Position numbers and translations under genes: made by a program | The notes under the pieces: model-generated | What the model saw: only the letters and a program-made list of their open reading frames with translations | What the model was told of the DNA's origin: nothing | Databases searched by the model: none | Shown: one piece after another, positions 23,869 to 35,470 of the stretch | How positions within the stretch are numbered: the first letter of the stretch is position 1 | How the letters are laid out: each line of letters begins with the position of its first letter | NCBI GenBank assembly: GCA_964199315.1 | Contig: OZ116707.1 | Coordinates: 7,254,001 to 7,318,000, forward strand | DNA length: 64,000 nucleotides | Direction: 5' to 3' | Origin: Orbicella franksi | Lineage: Eukaryota

Positions 23869-25047
23869 ATGGCAGCAAAGTGAAAAGGTTTGTATTCTGA
23901 TTGTTGTTTTGCCACTTTACAAAAAAAAAAATAATTTTCTGTTTGTAATTTTTCAATTCCACTTACTTATGCTTGTTTGTATATTTGTTTTTGCAGACAC
24001 TCCTCCGGGTTTTGTGCACTTGGTGTCACCCATGAAAAAGGCAAAGACTGGTAGAGATTACTACACATTCACCTTCCAAACGTCACCAAATAAGTTTACC
24101 AAAGCTATTGGCTTTGACCAGAAATCACACCAGCAAGCCATCCACTTTGAGAAAACAAAATCACCTTCAAAAATATTGAGTGCCAGGGATGATGATGGCC
24201 AAATCTTCATCAACCAGTATGCCTCACTCATAAAAGCTAATTCGAGTGACATTAAATTTGATCCCTGCAAAGAGCCAGCTTCTGCAGGCAGTGCATCATC
24301 ATCCAACTTTTCCCGAGACATCTGCCACAGATATTACTTTACAACAGCTCAATAAGCTTAGCAGAAACCAAAAAGTAAATGTCAAAGCCACGTTGACCAT
24401 GGGTTCTTTGGACCCAAAAGAACTTTCCAAAAGGAATGGTTCCAAAGGAAGAGTCAAGGAAGACTGTGTGCTAGAAGACAAAACTGGCCATGCAATTATC
24501 CATCTTTGGGATGATACCATTACAGCATTGACCAGTGGACAGAGCTATGAAATCAAGAACCTCAGTGTTAAAAACTTTAATGGCAAGACACATCTGGGAA
24601 CAACGATAACAACCACACTCACGCCCATTGACGCAGTAATGCACGAGCTAAAAGGAGAGGAGTTGTTATCTAACATTAAGAAGAAAATAACAGTTAATGA
24701 ATTTAAATTCACTGACAAAGTGAACACTTTCATGCTTTGCCAAATTGCTAACTGCAAAAAGAAAATGCCGTATGCCGTGGACTGTAAAGTGATCACTTGT
24801 GCTGCATGTGGCACCTACCAAAAAGTGGAAGTGGTGGAAAGGGGGATGTCAGCTCGGCTCTGTGCTGAAATTGACAGGAGATGTCTGGCTGACTGCCTTT
24901 ACAGATGTCATGAACATTCTTATCAAAAAAGTCAATCTCTCTTCAGACAACACCACAGATGAACTCAAAGCAGGACTCCTTGAATTGGAAAATGTAAGCA
25001 TCATCATTGACACTACATTCAACTTCATCTTAGAAGTTTTGGATTAG
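23869..25047 (+). pseudogene. RPA1-like multi-OB-fold protein with Zn ribbon (Helitron 2 cargo), spliced and frameshifted
   Basis: Exon 1 ATG 23869 (MAAK*K, donor 23888) joins in phase to exon 2 at 23997 (DTPPGFVHLVSPMKK...YYTFTFQT). OB-like VNVKATL...VLEDKTGHAIIHLWDD...YEIKNLSVKNFNG; CQIANCKKK...CAAC. Confidence 0.7.
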
Positions 25048-25214
25048 ATCTGTTTTGCTACATGTCAATATCTCTTGCAGTTTAATTGAGAGTGAAACTT
25101 GTGTTCATGTTTTTTTAGAACATTCACCTGTAAAATACTTGACAATTTTTTTAGAATGTTTTGCACCTGTAGTTCTTAAAACTTATGTTTGCAGTGACAC
25201 TAAACAGACATTGT

Positions 25215-25500
25215 AGAGTATTCAAGTTATCAAAAGAATCATTTTTTCACATGTTCAAGTTGTCTAAAGAGGGACATTTTTCACATGTTCAACTTATATT
25301 GACAGAAACCTGTTTTTGCATGTTCATGTTGTCTTAGTGAGAAATTTTCCATATAAATTACGTTATTTAAATCTTCTCAACAAACATTTCTCACTTGTTC
25401 AAGTTCGATTAAGAGACATTTTTTTACATATTCAAGTTATCTTAAGGACATTTTTCACATTTCATGTTATCTAAGAGAGACATTTTTCACATATCAAAGT
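25215..25500 (+). repeat. ~32-bp degenerate tandem repeat (gacatttttcacatgttcaagttatctaagag)
   Basis: 6-8 copies read directly downstream of the OB-fold gene. Confidence 0.75.
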
Positions 25501-25726
25501 CAAAGTTAAAGTAACACTTAAAATTTTCCAATTTTATCAGTGACATTTTCACCTGTTAGTGAAAATGCTTGAAAAGTGTATTAATTTATACTCTTGAGTT
25601 ACATGTACCAGGTTATCTTTGTTACGTTCATTTCTACAACTTGGTACTTTTCAATAAATCTTGTTGTCTTCTCACAAACAATTATTAGACTTATTCCTCA
25701 TTCACCAGAAACACAAATATATAGGA

Positions 25727-26350
25727 AATAATACATGGGCACAAGTAGATATGGAATTTCTCTCTGAGTGTTCAACTTGATATCGCACAAGTGAATGTAG
25801 CAAACGAGTGACATAGATTTCAACAAGAGAAATAACATTTCCTATCTCTAAGCAAACATGTATTATTTTCTTCATTTTATAAACCTACCAATTACGAGGA
25901 TTTTTCATGGTTTTCTGAAAGTTTCCGACCACTTTCCAAAGATTTCCGAAGATTTATAAATATCGCCCAAATGTCATACGGTATTTCCAAACTTTCCCGA
26001 AGATTAGCGAAGATTGCCGAGGAAGATCCGGGTATGTTTCAACTCAAGATCAATAACCTTTGGCTCATTACTATTGAAACATGACAAATTTGACAACATA
26101 TCATTGGTGATATCAAACACGCGTAAAAAAATTATCGTCATTTTCGACGCATTGCGATACTGTTTTCCTTGGTAGTCAAACTGCTAATAAACAACCGCAG
26201 CTTATTGGCTCGTTAACATTGAAACAAGGCAAACTTGACAACATATGATTGGTGATATCAAATACGCGTAAAAAAATACCCTACTTTTGGACACATCACG
26301 ATACTGTTTCCATACGTCGTCAAACACCTAATAAACAACCGTCGTTTATA
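25727..26350. repeat. Dispersed repeat with palindromic head (25727-25867) and gaagatttcc motifs
   Basis: AATAATACATG...AGATATGGAATTTCTC / GAGAAATAACATTTCCTATCT...CATGTATTATT imperfect arms. Confidence 0.6.
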
Positions 26351-26554
26351 TAATAAATCTCAAATAGCACACTTATGCCACCTTATAGCAAACTTCCCAA
26401 AACCTTCAACTTCACTTCATTCTCCAATATAAAAAAATTTTCCTCCCCAGTACCTTCCCTTAACTGCATCAAGGCCCGCACTTTCTAACCTGTGGTTACC
26501 ACTAGTTTGTTTAGTGTTGAAGCCATTGACAAGTCAACCACAAAGTGAAGCCGC

Positions 26555-26908
26555 TCAGTAACCTTTCATAAAGATTTCGTCGTAGTTGTCGTCATACACA
26601 GGATAGCCAAGATAGTGTTTGACTCCATTTTTATAACACTCAGAACATAGTTCATTTCGGCCACAAGCACCGTCGCACTTATAGCAAAACATGACCTTTA
26701 CAATTCTTGATCGTTTTTTGCAGAAGGGTGCCTCTTCAATGGCATCATGTACCTCATCCCAACCCATTTCCTTCTTTTGCCTCCTTTTTATTGCTAGATA
26801 CTCCTTGTAAATTGTCTCATGAAGCTCTGGAGGGAGGTTTTGAATGGCCTCGGAAAGTTGACAGTTGTTCGATTACAGTACATCCGACGAATATCTTGCG
26901 GCAGCCAT
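26555..26908 (-). pseudogene. Small Polinton-associated Cys-rich protein with F-box-like LPPEL motif; one premature stop
   Basis: MAAARYSSDVL*SNNCQLSEAIQNLPPELHETIYKEYL...WDEVHDAIEEAPFC...CYKCDGACGRNELCSECY...LGYPVY. The first 290 bp are shared, inverted, with the pPolB relic. Confidence 0.5.
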
Positions 26909-28544
26909 CTCGGCGTATATACTTGTGCAGATACTTCTTCAATTGAAAAAAAATCTGTGACACCTCCTTGTACATACCAGTGAAGACAATTCTTTGATAA
27001 AAATAGTCACTTCTTCGCATATTGATTACTGACATTACAGCTTTGCTGACCGCGAAGATACTTTTATTCTTTTTATGTTTACATTTCACACACAAGGAGG
27101 ATGAGGGTTCTGTACACACCTTGTAAACAGAAATTGTTAAAAGCAGATGAAACAACTCCCACCATAAAACCGAGCGAACCTGTGAGCTGTTGGCTCAGGT
27201 TTGTACTCTTTAAAATATAAGTATCAATGTTGCTGTTATTCTTGACGAGTGTCAGTAAAATGAATTTTTACTCAGAGTTCTAATGTTTGTTTATTTGAGC
27301 TGCAACGCCATGAGTTGCAACGCCGTGATTCAAATAAAACGTAATTAATACGAGGTTTTAACCTTAGAAATATCTCAGAAATGGTGATTGTTTGTTTGTA
27401 GGTTTGTCTAGATCTGTTTCAGTTAAGGCTGTTACAAGCCTTCGGGGTGCAGAAGACGATGAGATTGAGAGACGAAAGAGGGAGGGGCTTGGGGCGAGGA
27501 GCATTTGCGCACTGTACTCTTCCCTATTCATTTTCTCGTACGCTTTTTTTTTCTGTCGAGTACCTTTGCACTGGCTGTTTCCTAATTAACCAGACAAGTC
27601 GCCAGAAACAGGCTAATTTTAATTGGGTATTCACAATTATAATAAAAACTGTGCTTTGATTATTTTGATCATAGGCGTATGCCCTAAATGCGGGACATCT
27701 TAGGCTTGATTACCAGCCGCTGTTCGGGAAAGGAGGAACGTAGACCGGACTCGAGAAAGCAGTGGAAATCGAGCCTAAGGACATCTGTGATATGTCAGAA
27801 CATTTGCCAGTCTGAAAGACTTGCCTATATATGAAGTTCGACCAATAAACATCGGCATGATTATAGTAAAGAGTACAGCGCCTGACACTAAAAGTGTCAT
27901 AGAAAACTCAACACAAGAGATTGTTTACGATTGTTTGTTTTAAATTTTGTATAAAGTTTCCCCCAGTTTTGTTCTCTTTATTGATTCAAGCAAAATGGTA
28001 CTGCAAACATATGTGGAGTCGCAGACTAGAACACTGTATTAAAAAAATAACCAATCATTTGTGACTTGATGAACAGTCGAATTATGAAGAAATGGATGTT
28101 AGAGAATTACAAAATGTCTACTTAAAGTGAGATCTAAAACAACGCAAACAGGTCCTTTTTCGCGTCGTTGTTTCTCTACACCCTCCCGGTGGGAATAATT
28201 TTGTTGTGTCACGCAACGCTACAGCAATCAAAGACAAATGTGCCCTTGGGTAAAGGAACATTTAGCTGAAATATATTTTGGGCTTTTTGAAAGCTTAAAC
28301 CTTGAAAGTGTACAAGATGTAAAATTTGGACGGAAAAAGGGATTGATCGATTCTAATATTTCCGATGAAATGCTCCATTCAAGTCAACGGGTGAAGTTAG
28401 AAGGTTCGCTGCCTCGAGTTCATTGAGCATTGGGAGGAAGAACTCACATGGATAACCAGGAAGCAACTTGCCTGGGGCAAATTTAAAGTCAGCCAGAAAA
28501 GGGTAAGACATTAAGGTAATTTTGTAAACAGAAATCTAAAAAAC

Positions 28545-29725
28545 AAGCTCTTCGCTTACATCCAAAGAAAAGTTTCAGCTAATGGCAATCATAGACGCAT
28601 TACCTGCACAGTGGTGACAACATTTAAAAACCTGCAATAATTTTTCAAAAAACTCCACATTTTCCAGTAATGCACAGTTACACCTAAATGGCCACAATGT
28701 AAACTTGGATAAGGTTATATCCAAGAGCATTTATAACGAAATTCGCTCAAAGAACGAGAGTGTACCAACTGCACAGCTAAGGTATACAGAGACATACATC
28801 AAGACACTGGAATGGGAAGAGATATATCAAATTCCCTTCAAAGTAGCTATTGATTCTAGATCCCGTGAATTCCAATACAAGATATTACATAGATATTTAG
28901 TGACAAACAAGTTTCTCCACAAAATTGGCCTAGTACCTTTGCCTCTGTGCACTTTCTGCAAAAAAGAAAGTGAGTCTATCGAACATCTACTGATAAAATG
29001 TGAATATTCCGACAGTTTCTGGAGAGAACTAATTAACTGGCTAAATACAATAGAAATAAAAATCGAAGCACTATCAGATGTTGACAAAATGTTTGGACTT
29101 TGGAACAGACAAGTAGACTTTTATCTTCTCAACCATCTGTTGATCTTAGCAAAACAACACATTTACTCCTGTCGAAATAAAGGATTTCCTCCGTCATTAA
29201 AGATCTTTCTCGAAAAAGTTTCCTCAGTATATCAAATTGAAACGCTTATTTCCGATTCTAATGGCAAGCGAACATTTCATGACACCAAGTGGAAGAAATT
29301 TATTACAAATAATTGTATTTAGGCCGGCAGCCTAAAAAATGTAACAATTGACGTAGTTGTATTAATATATTAGTAAGTATTTTTGGTATATTAGTATTTT
29401 CCTTACAAGTAGTGTTATTAGTAACAGTATTTCTTGTTTTTTTTCATCTATACTAGCGTTAGTCTATGTAGTTTCTTCTAAAAAAAGTAAAAATTAGCGT
29501 AGTTTTTATTCATTAATATAAATGGTTAGTAAGTATTTTGGGTGTATTAGTATTTTCCTCTTAAGTAGTCTTATTAGTAATAGTATTCCTTGTTTTTTTT
29601 CCATCTGTACTCACGTTAGTTTATTTAGTTTTTCTTTCTTTTATCTGCAAATGTAATTTCAATTGTTATTGTCACTCTTATTTGTAAACTTATATAAATA
29701 TCAATAAAATACAAAAAAAAATCTA
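28545..29725 (+). mobile_element. 5'-truncated Tx1/L1-clade non-LTR retrotransposon 3' end (zf-RVT region, 3'UTR, A-rich tail)
   Basis: REFQYKILHRYLVTNKFLHKIG...CTFCKKESESIEHLLIKC...FW...LLNHLLILAKQHIY (CCHC). Duplicated 3'UTR block; A-rich end near 29710-29730. Confidence 0.85.
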
Positions 29726-31731
29726 AAAAACAAGTTATTGCGAGCCAAGTTTTCAACAGTAAAGGCAAGCCGTCGTAGTTGTAAACATCAACAAACTGCC
29801 AAGGTCTCATGTTTCAACCAAATTTATTCAACTTTGGAGAGTTCGTGTGAAGCACAAATTGAATTACCCAAGTCAGTTTTTACATATGTCTTAGTACAAT
29901 GCTTAAAGACCTTATGGCTTGAGTCTCAGAGTAAACCAAGGTGTAGCACATGCCTAAAATTTTAATAGTGACTGTCAGCTAAAATGTAAAATGTTGTCGG
30001 TTAAGAATAAAGCAGTTCTAAAATATTATTGTTTGCTGTCCAGATTACTGCTAAGTTGAATATCTACCACCAAACTAGAAGTAAAACACTCTATGAATTA
30101 ATGCATCAGAAAATATTTGAGCTCACTTTCTTCCCTTTTGCATGCAAGCGACGTTTTGAGAACGGTCCATTTCGTCTTAAATTTTGGCTGTTTTGAAGTT
30201 CCCGACAGCAAAAATATATTTTATCAATTTCCTCCAATTTGACGCAGCCTTTCTGAAAATAAACTACATCACGTTTAGTTACTTACCAGTAGCTACTGAT
30301 GGGAAAAATATCAGCAAAAAAAATTTTCAGCTCTGGCCACAAAATTTCACTTTTGCTTGATTTTTCCAGGCATTGGCTCTTAAGCGCTCTTGCATCGTTG
30401 CTCGCTATTTTATGTAAGTTGATTCATCCATTATCATTTGTGTGTACTAGAATCAGGATCTTATTGTAATAGGACTCATTCATCGTTGAGATTAAACGAA
30501 CTGATCATTGAGGAGTCCTGTTTCTTCAGCTTTCATTACCATTATCAGTGGCTACTGACAAAACAGCATTTGCTTTTACAGGTAACAGTCAGCAAATCAG
30601 ATCTGGCAAAGGCCATTGTTACATGAAACAAAAAACTCATTGAAACGGTGAGTGTAGTTCAAATATTTTAGTGTGACACTGCAGACATGCTCTTTTTCTC
30701 TCAAACAGAATTATGCACAATTCTTTTGAATAGCTAGATAAGTTTTTTTTTAAGTTTGGATCTGTGACAACAGACTTAAGTGTGCAAACAAGAGGGAGAA
30801 TAATTTATTACAGTGCACTTACTGTTGCCGGGGTCACCTAGACAAAGCCCACTGCAGACTTGCAGACTTTCACTTCCGCTAGCCTGCTATACACTCCGGT
30901 TAGCCTAGCTACTATTCACTCTGGTTAGCCTGATTACAGTTAGCTCTCAATAATGGTAATGGTAATACAATATATTCTCACAGTGTGCAGTCTGCAAATG
31001 TCAGACACTGGAACAAGAACAATAGATTTAACACTCAAAGTAATGGCTGGTCATTGGACACTGTTCAGTCAAGATGACAATTTGTCCAAACAAACTTTTA
31101 GGCCTTTAGCAATGATGTTTTGAACATGTGACAATAGATATGATAATTGGCAATTAGTTTAAGCTCAAATTACTCTTTGACTGGTCAGAAATGACATGTG
31201 ACCGAGCTTAAATTTGTTTGGCCATTCAATATGACCGGCAACTATCCCAAAATTATTTTGCATCCAACATTTAGGGTTGAGTAGTTACACATGCTACGTA
31301 CTGTAAATGGATGCCGTGTATCATGTAAGTGAGCGAGAAGTGATTTCAAACAGTATGAAAGTAGTGAAGGTGATGGCTGTACATTTGTACATGTATGTAT
31401 GTTTAGGTAAATTGCATGGCAGAGTTAATTCTCAAACTCGACTGCCAACTGTCATTCATGAGCACTTCATTGGTTTCTTCATCTTCAAAGACAACTTGCT
31501 AGTGAAGGAATCTTTTTCAGAAAAAAGTTTATAGCGCAACTTCACTTGAATGTTTGTAATGTAAACCAGTGTTGAAAAATAACAGATATTCCAGTTTGGC
31601 AGTTGAGTTATTATTTTCCCGACAATTCAAAACAGTAAATACAACTTGCTCGACATGACTTCCTAACATAGAAAACTCTCTGGACTAGATTTTTTTTCAC
31701 AGAGCTTGAGATTTGTATAGGTACATGTTAT

Positions 31732-31901
31732 CACATGATTTGAGTGCAATTTTTGAAATAAATGAGCTCGAGCATGAGTAAATTTTTCAATGGCTAACAT
31801 AATTGCACAAGCCTGCAGGGCGAGTGCAATTTGTAGTCTTTGAAAAATTTACAAGTGCTTAATAATTTATTTATTCCAAATTGCATGAGAAAAATCATGT
31901 G
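31732..31901. repeat. Palindromic dispersed repeat
   Basis: CACATGATTT..TGCAATTT..GAAATAAAT / ATTTATTCCAAATTGCA..AAAAATCATGTG arms. Confidence 0.6.
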
Positions 31902-34900
31902 ATTACTTATTAATAATATACATGAAAAAAAGGACAGAAAGAAATAGAAAACAAGTTGAATTTTGACACCGCACACCTTTTCTGATGTTCATTCAAGTTA
32001 TTGGTTGAACCACAGCAAACACATGTCAAGTTCAAACTTTCACAATAGCAAAATATTCAAATTCATTCAGCTGTAGACTTGGGAACTTTTGAGGATTATT
32101 TTCAGGCTTTTCTAACATTTCAAAGCACAACTCAGTTAAGTAATGTTCCACGTAAGAACTAGGCAAGGCAAATGCATGGAATGTGAAAAGGTGCTAAATA
32201 TTAAATTATTAACTCATTAAAATGGAGCTCGCTGATTGGCCGAGAACTGAAAAAACGTGTAAAATTGACCAAGAAATAATTTTTTTTGGTATTTTTTTGA
32301 TAATTTCGTTCCCAGATTCCTCTTGCCTTTTTTTGCCGATTTTGACCATTGTGGCATATGGGGAACTGGTACTAATCATTGCTCATGAGCGATTGTTCAT
32401 GGCCGCCATCTTGGATGTGTGAGTTTCGGTGATCTATCAATCTGTGATTTCGCTTCTTTGCTAGTAGTGTCCGTTGGCAGTCTTTACGAAAGTAGTGTAT
32501 TTTGCCTATTTGTGAGCCTTATCGAGTTCAAAATGTTGTAAGCGTTATTTAACGCGTCGGAATATGCCTCCAAAACCCTCTTGTTGCTGCCCGCAACATG
32601 CTGCTTGGGGACATGCTGACAACTCTGGAAATCTCAGAATAGCAACAGAGAAAGAAATACGTTTGTGTGGAGTAAATAGTGATGGTCAACACAACAGCCG
32701 GAAAAGAAGGATTTGTATTTCTTGCAGAGAACGCTTTCAACTGGAAAATAAATGCAACCAGTTTCAGGTAAGCTAAACTTCTACATTCCTTTTTGGGCTT
32801 ACAATGTACACGTACTTTATGCAAGCAGAGCAATTTCTTCATTCCTTGCTCATCAATACTCTTTATCCACTGGCAATTCATTCACAAGTAATTGCAATGT
32901 TCTCGGTGGTATGTAGGACTAGTTCCACTTGAATTATAGTGCAGAAATGCTTCAGCTTGTTACTTAACCACCTTTTTTCTAACTCCTTGCTTTTTTCTTT
33001 GCTATATGTCAGAAAACAGTTGAAAATATAAATGAGAACAACCAGATCCTAGAAAGCATGGTTTTGACTGCAACTGTTCCCGTTTGTGATAGTCAGACAC
33101 AAACAGATCCAAGCACCTCATTGGTGTCTACCACCAGCCAAGGCATTCAGGTTGGAGAGTTTCCAAACAGACCATACCAGTCATATGAGTGCAGGAAACA
33201 GAGTGAATTGCGGACTGAAATCATTGAGAAAATCGTTGATTTGTTCAATATCTATGTACATGGGGATAGTCTAGCCTTGCCCAACCTAGTTCAGGATCTC
33301 CTTCTGTCTAAAAAATGGTCCACAACCTTTTGTCTACCAAGTAACAAAGATGATTCAGCTGTGCAGGATAAGGTACTGCATTCCATTGTGAAGGAATACC
33401 GAGAGTGTAAGAATAAAGAAGCCAATAGCCAAATAAGAAAGCAAGGCAGAAAGCTAAACCAGGCTATCAACATTTCAGAGACATTGGCAAACAGCTCAGT
33501 AGCATTTCAAGGTAGCACCCCTGATTGTTCTAGATCTCGAACAGAAGCAGCATGTAGCATGGGAAGAGTTGTCTGTTATTCTGCTGAGAGAAGAAGGCTC
33601 TTGTCTATTGTTGCCTGGGATTATCCCCAAGTATTCTTGACTAAACTTTTTCATTGCTCCAAGAGTACAATTACCGCCGCAAGAGTTCACAGCATCTTGT
33701 TTGGCAGAGGAGGAGTACCCCCAGCATCTTTGAAATTTTCTCGCCAGTGCGTCCCCCGAGAAGTACTCGATCAGTTGGCTGATTTCCTCTTGAGAGATGA
33801 CGTGTCAAGGCCATCATCTTGCAGAAGTGTGGTAGTTGGAGGAGAGGAATGCCCTGTACGATACTGGCAAGATTCCATAAAGCAGTTAGTAAAGCAATAT
33901 CTATTGGAATTTCCTAATGGGGTAAAGAGAAGCTACATTTATGCCCATATGCCAAAGAATTACTGCAGCAACACCCTGCTGGCCGGCCTTTGACTTATAG
34001 CTACTTGTTGTTCTGACCATGGTTTTACATCACATGTATGTGCTACAAAAATTATTCATTTGCTGTTTAGCAGCCACTGACTGAGACTCAGACGACATTG
34101 AAGAAACTTGATCCCTTAAAATATCGGATTGTATACTTTGTATTTTGCAATGTGTGGACAGAGATCCTCTAAACAAATTGCCACTCTTTTACATTTGCCA
34201 TTATCTGTGTCTTGTTAGGTACAGAGACATTTAAGTTGTCTAGAGTTGTGCATGAATTATGCATTTCAGTCATGTAGCAGTGGCCATGATGAAGAATGTA
34301 CCAAGTTTACAACTGTTTATGACATCCACACAAGAATGTCTGCTGCCATTGCTACAGCCCCAGCGAATAAGCAGCAAGGCTATAAAGATAACCTGGATGA
34401 GTTTTTGAAGACCTCTTGGGATTACCTTGCCCACATTCTTAGAACAAAGCACCAAGGTGATTATTACAGGTGAGTTAAGTGTCTGTTGTGAATCTTGTAT
34501 TTTTGTTTTAGTTAGGCTGAGTTTGTATTGTAATTACTATGACCAATAAATATATGTAATGTAGAAATTGTTAGAAAATGGAACATCTATCAGGGAAGTC
34601 AGTATAATTTCATTTTAACTTTTCCAGCATTTTAAGATTTTTTTTATCAGACCTATCCATTGATAACAATTCACTCCCTCCATTAGTTTTGCAGTACTTG
34701 TTTGTTTATTTGTCTCCCTTAAATCAGTCCCTTATGTTTTCCATTTTATCCCCTACAGTAGTAGTAATGAGTATATTATAGATCTCAATATCTTTGTTAT
34801 AGGTATGTTTTGAAGAATCTTCAGCCAGGAGAAACAGTGGTTATTGTAGATTATAAATGAAACTCGAGCTTGGTATGCATGCCAGGGAAGTCCAGCGAGG

Positions 34901-35239
34901 CTGGTACGGAAAGCGCAGTGTTTCACTCCGTGGCTTCTATGTCGTTGCGCAAGTTGGTCCTGGAGAAAAGCGAATTGAAGTTCTTGATGTCTGGAGTGAA
35001 GATACCGAGCAAGATACCTGGTTTACTCAAAGTGCCCTTGATGTTGGTTTCGCTTGGATGGAGAAAGTTTATCCAAACTTTCATGTCTATCTGTTTTCTG
35101 GTTGGTATTTTCTTTTCATGGATTTGGACATTTCATTCTAATAATATTATACCTTTCATAATTAGTGAAACAAGCTTGTTTCTCAGCTGAAGGGCCTTAC
35201 GATAAAAATAAATTATTTCTACATCACTCTGTAAGTTGG

Positions 35240-35470
35240 GTTAAATCTGCAGTCAAGCCTAGTGGCCCATCAGGCCATTGCTGATCTCCAGTACGTGTAG
35301 CATGAACCAATTATAGAAAATCCCCCCCCCCCCACCCACCAATGCTGATCCCTGTACCCATTTAATACAGCTGGCTGGAGAGAGGCACTGTGAAAGTTGA
35401 CACAATAAGTCCAACCTGAACTTGAACACAGACCTCCTAGTGTACTGACCATAAGGCCACCATGCCACCC
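35240..35470 (-). mobile_element. Probable SINE (Deu/Nin-type-like) in an intron
   Basis: Sequence gtggcccatcaggcc...gtagcatga...gtacccatttaatacagctggctggagagaggcactgtga resembles the reverse strand of common marine-invertebrate SINE cores (recollection). Confidence 0.45.

Larger units (their letters stand above)
21068..26505 (+). mobile_element. Helitron2-type element 2, large internal deletion
   Basis: 5' hairpin TTGCAGGCC-caagaga-GGCCCGCAA (21068-21092). 3' subterminal GGCCCGCA (26473-26480), stem-loop TAACC-tgt-GGTTA and terminal CTAG|T (26502-26506). Contains leader-OTU, PIF1 C-terminus and an OB-fold gene. Confidence 0.7.
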
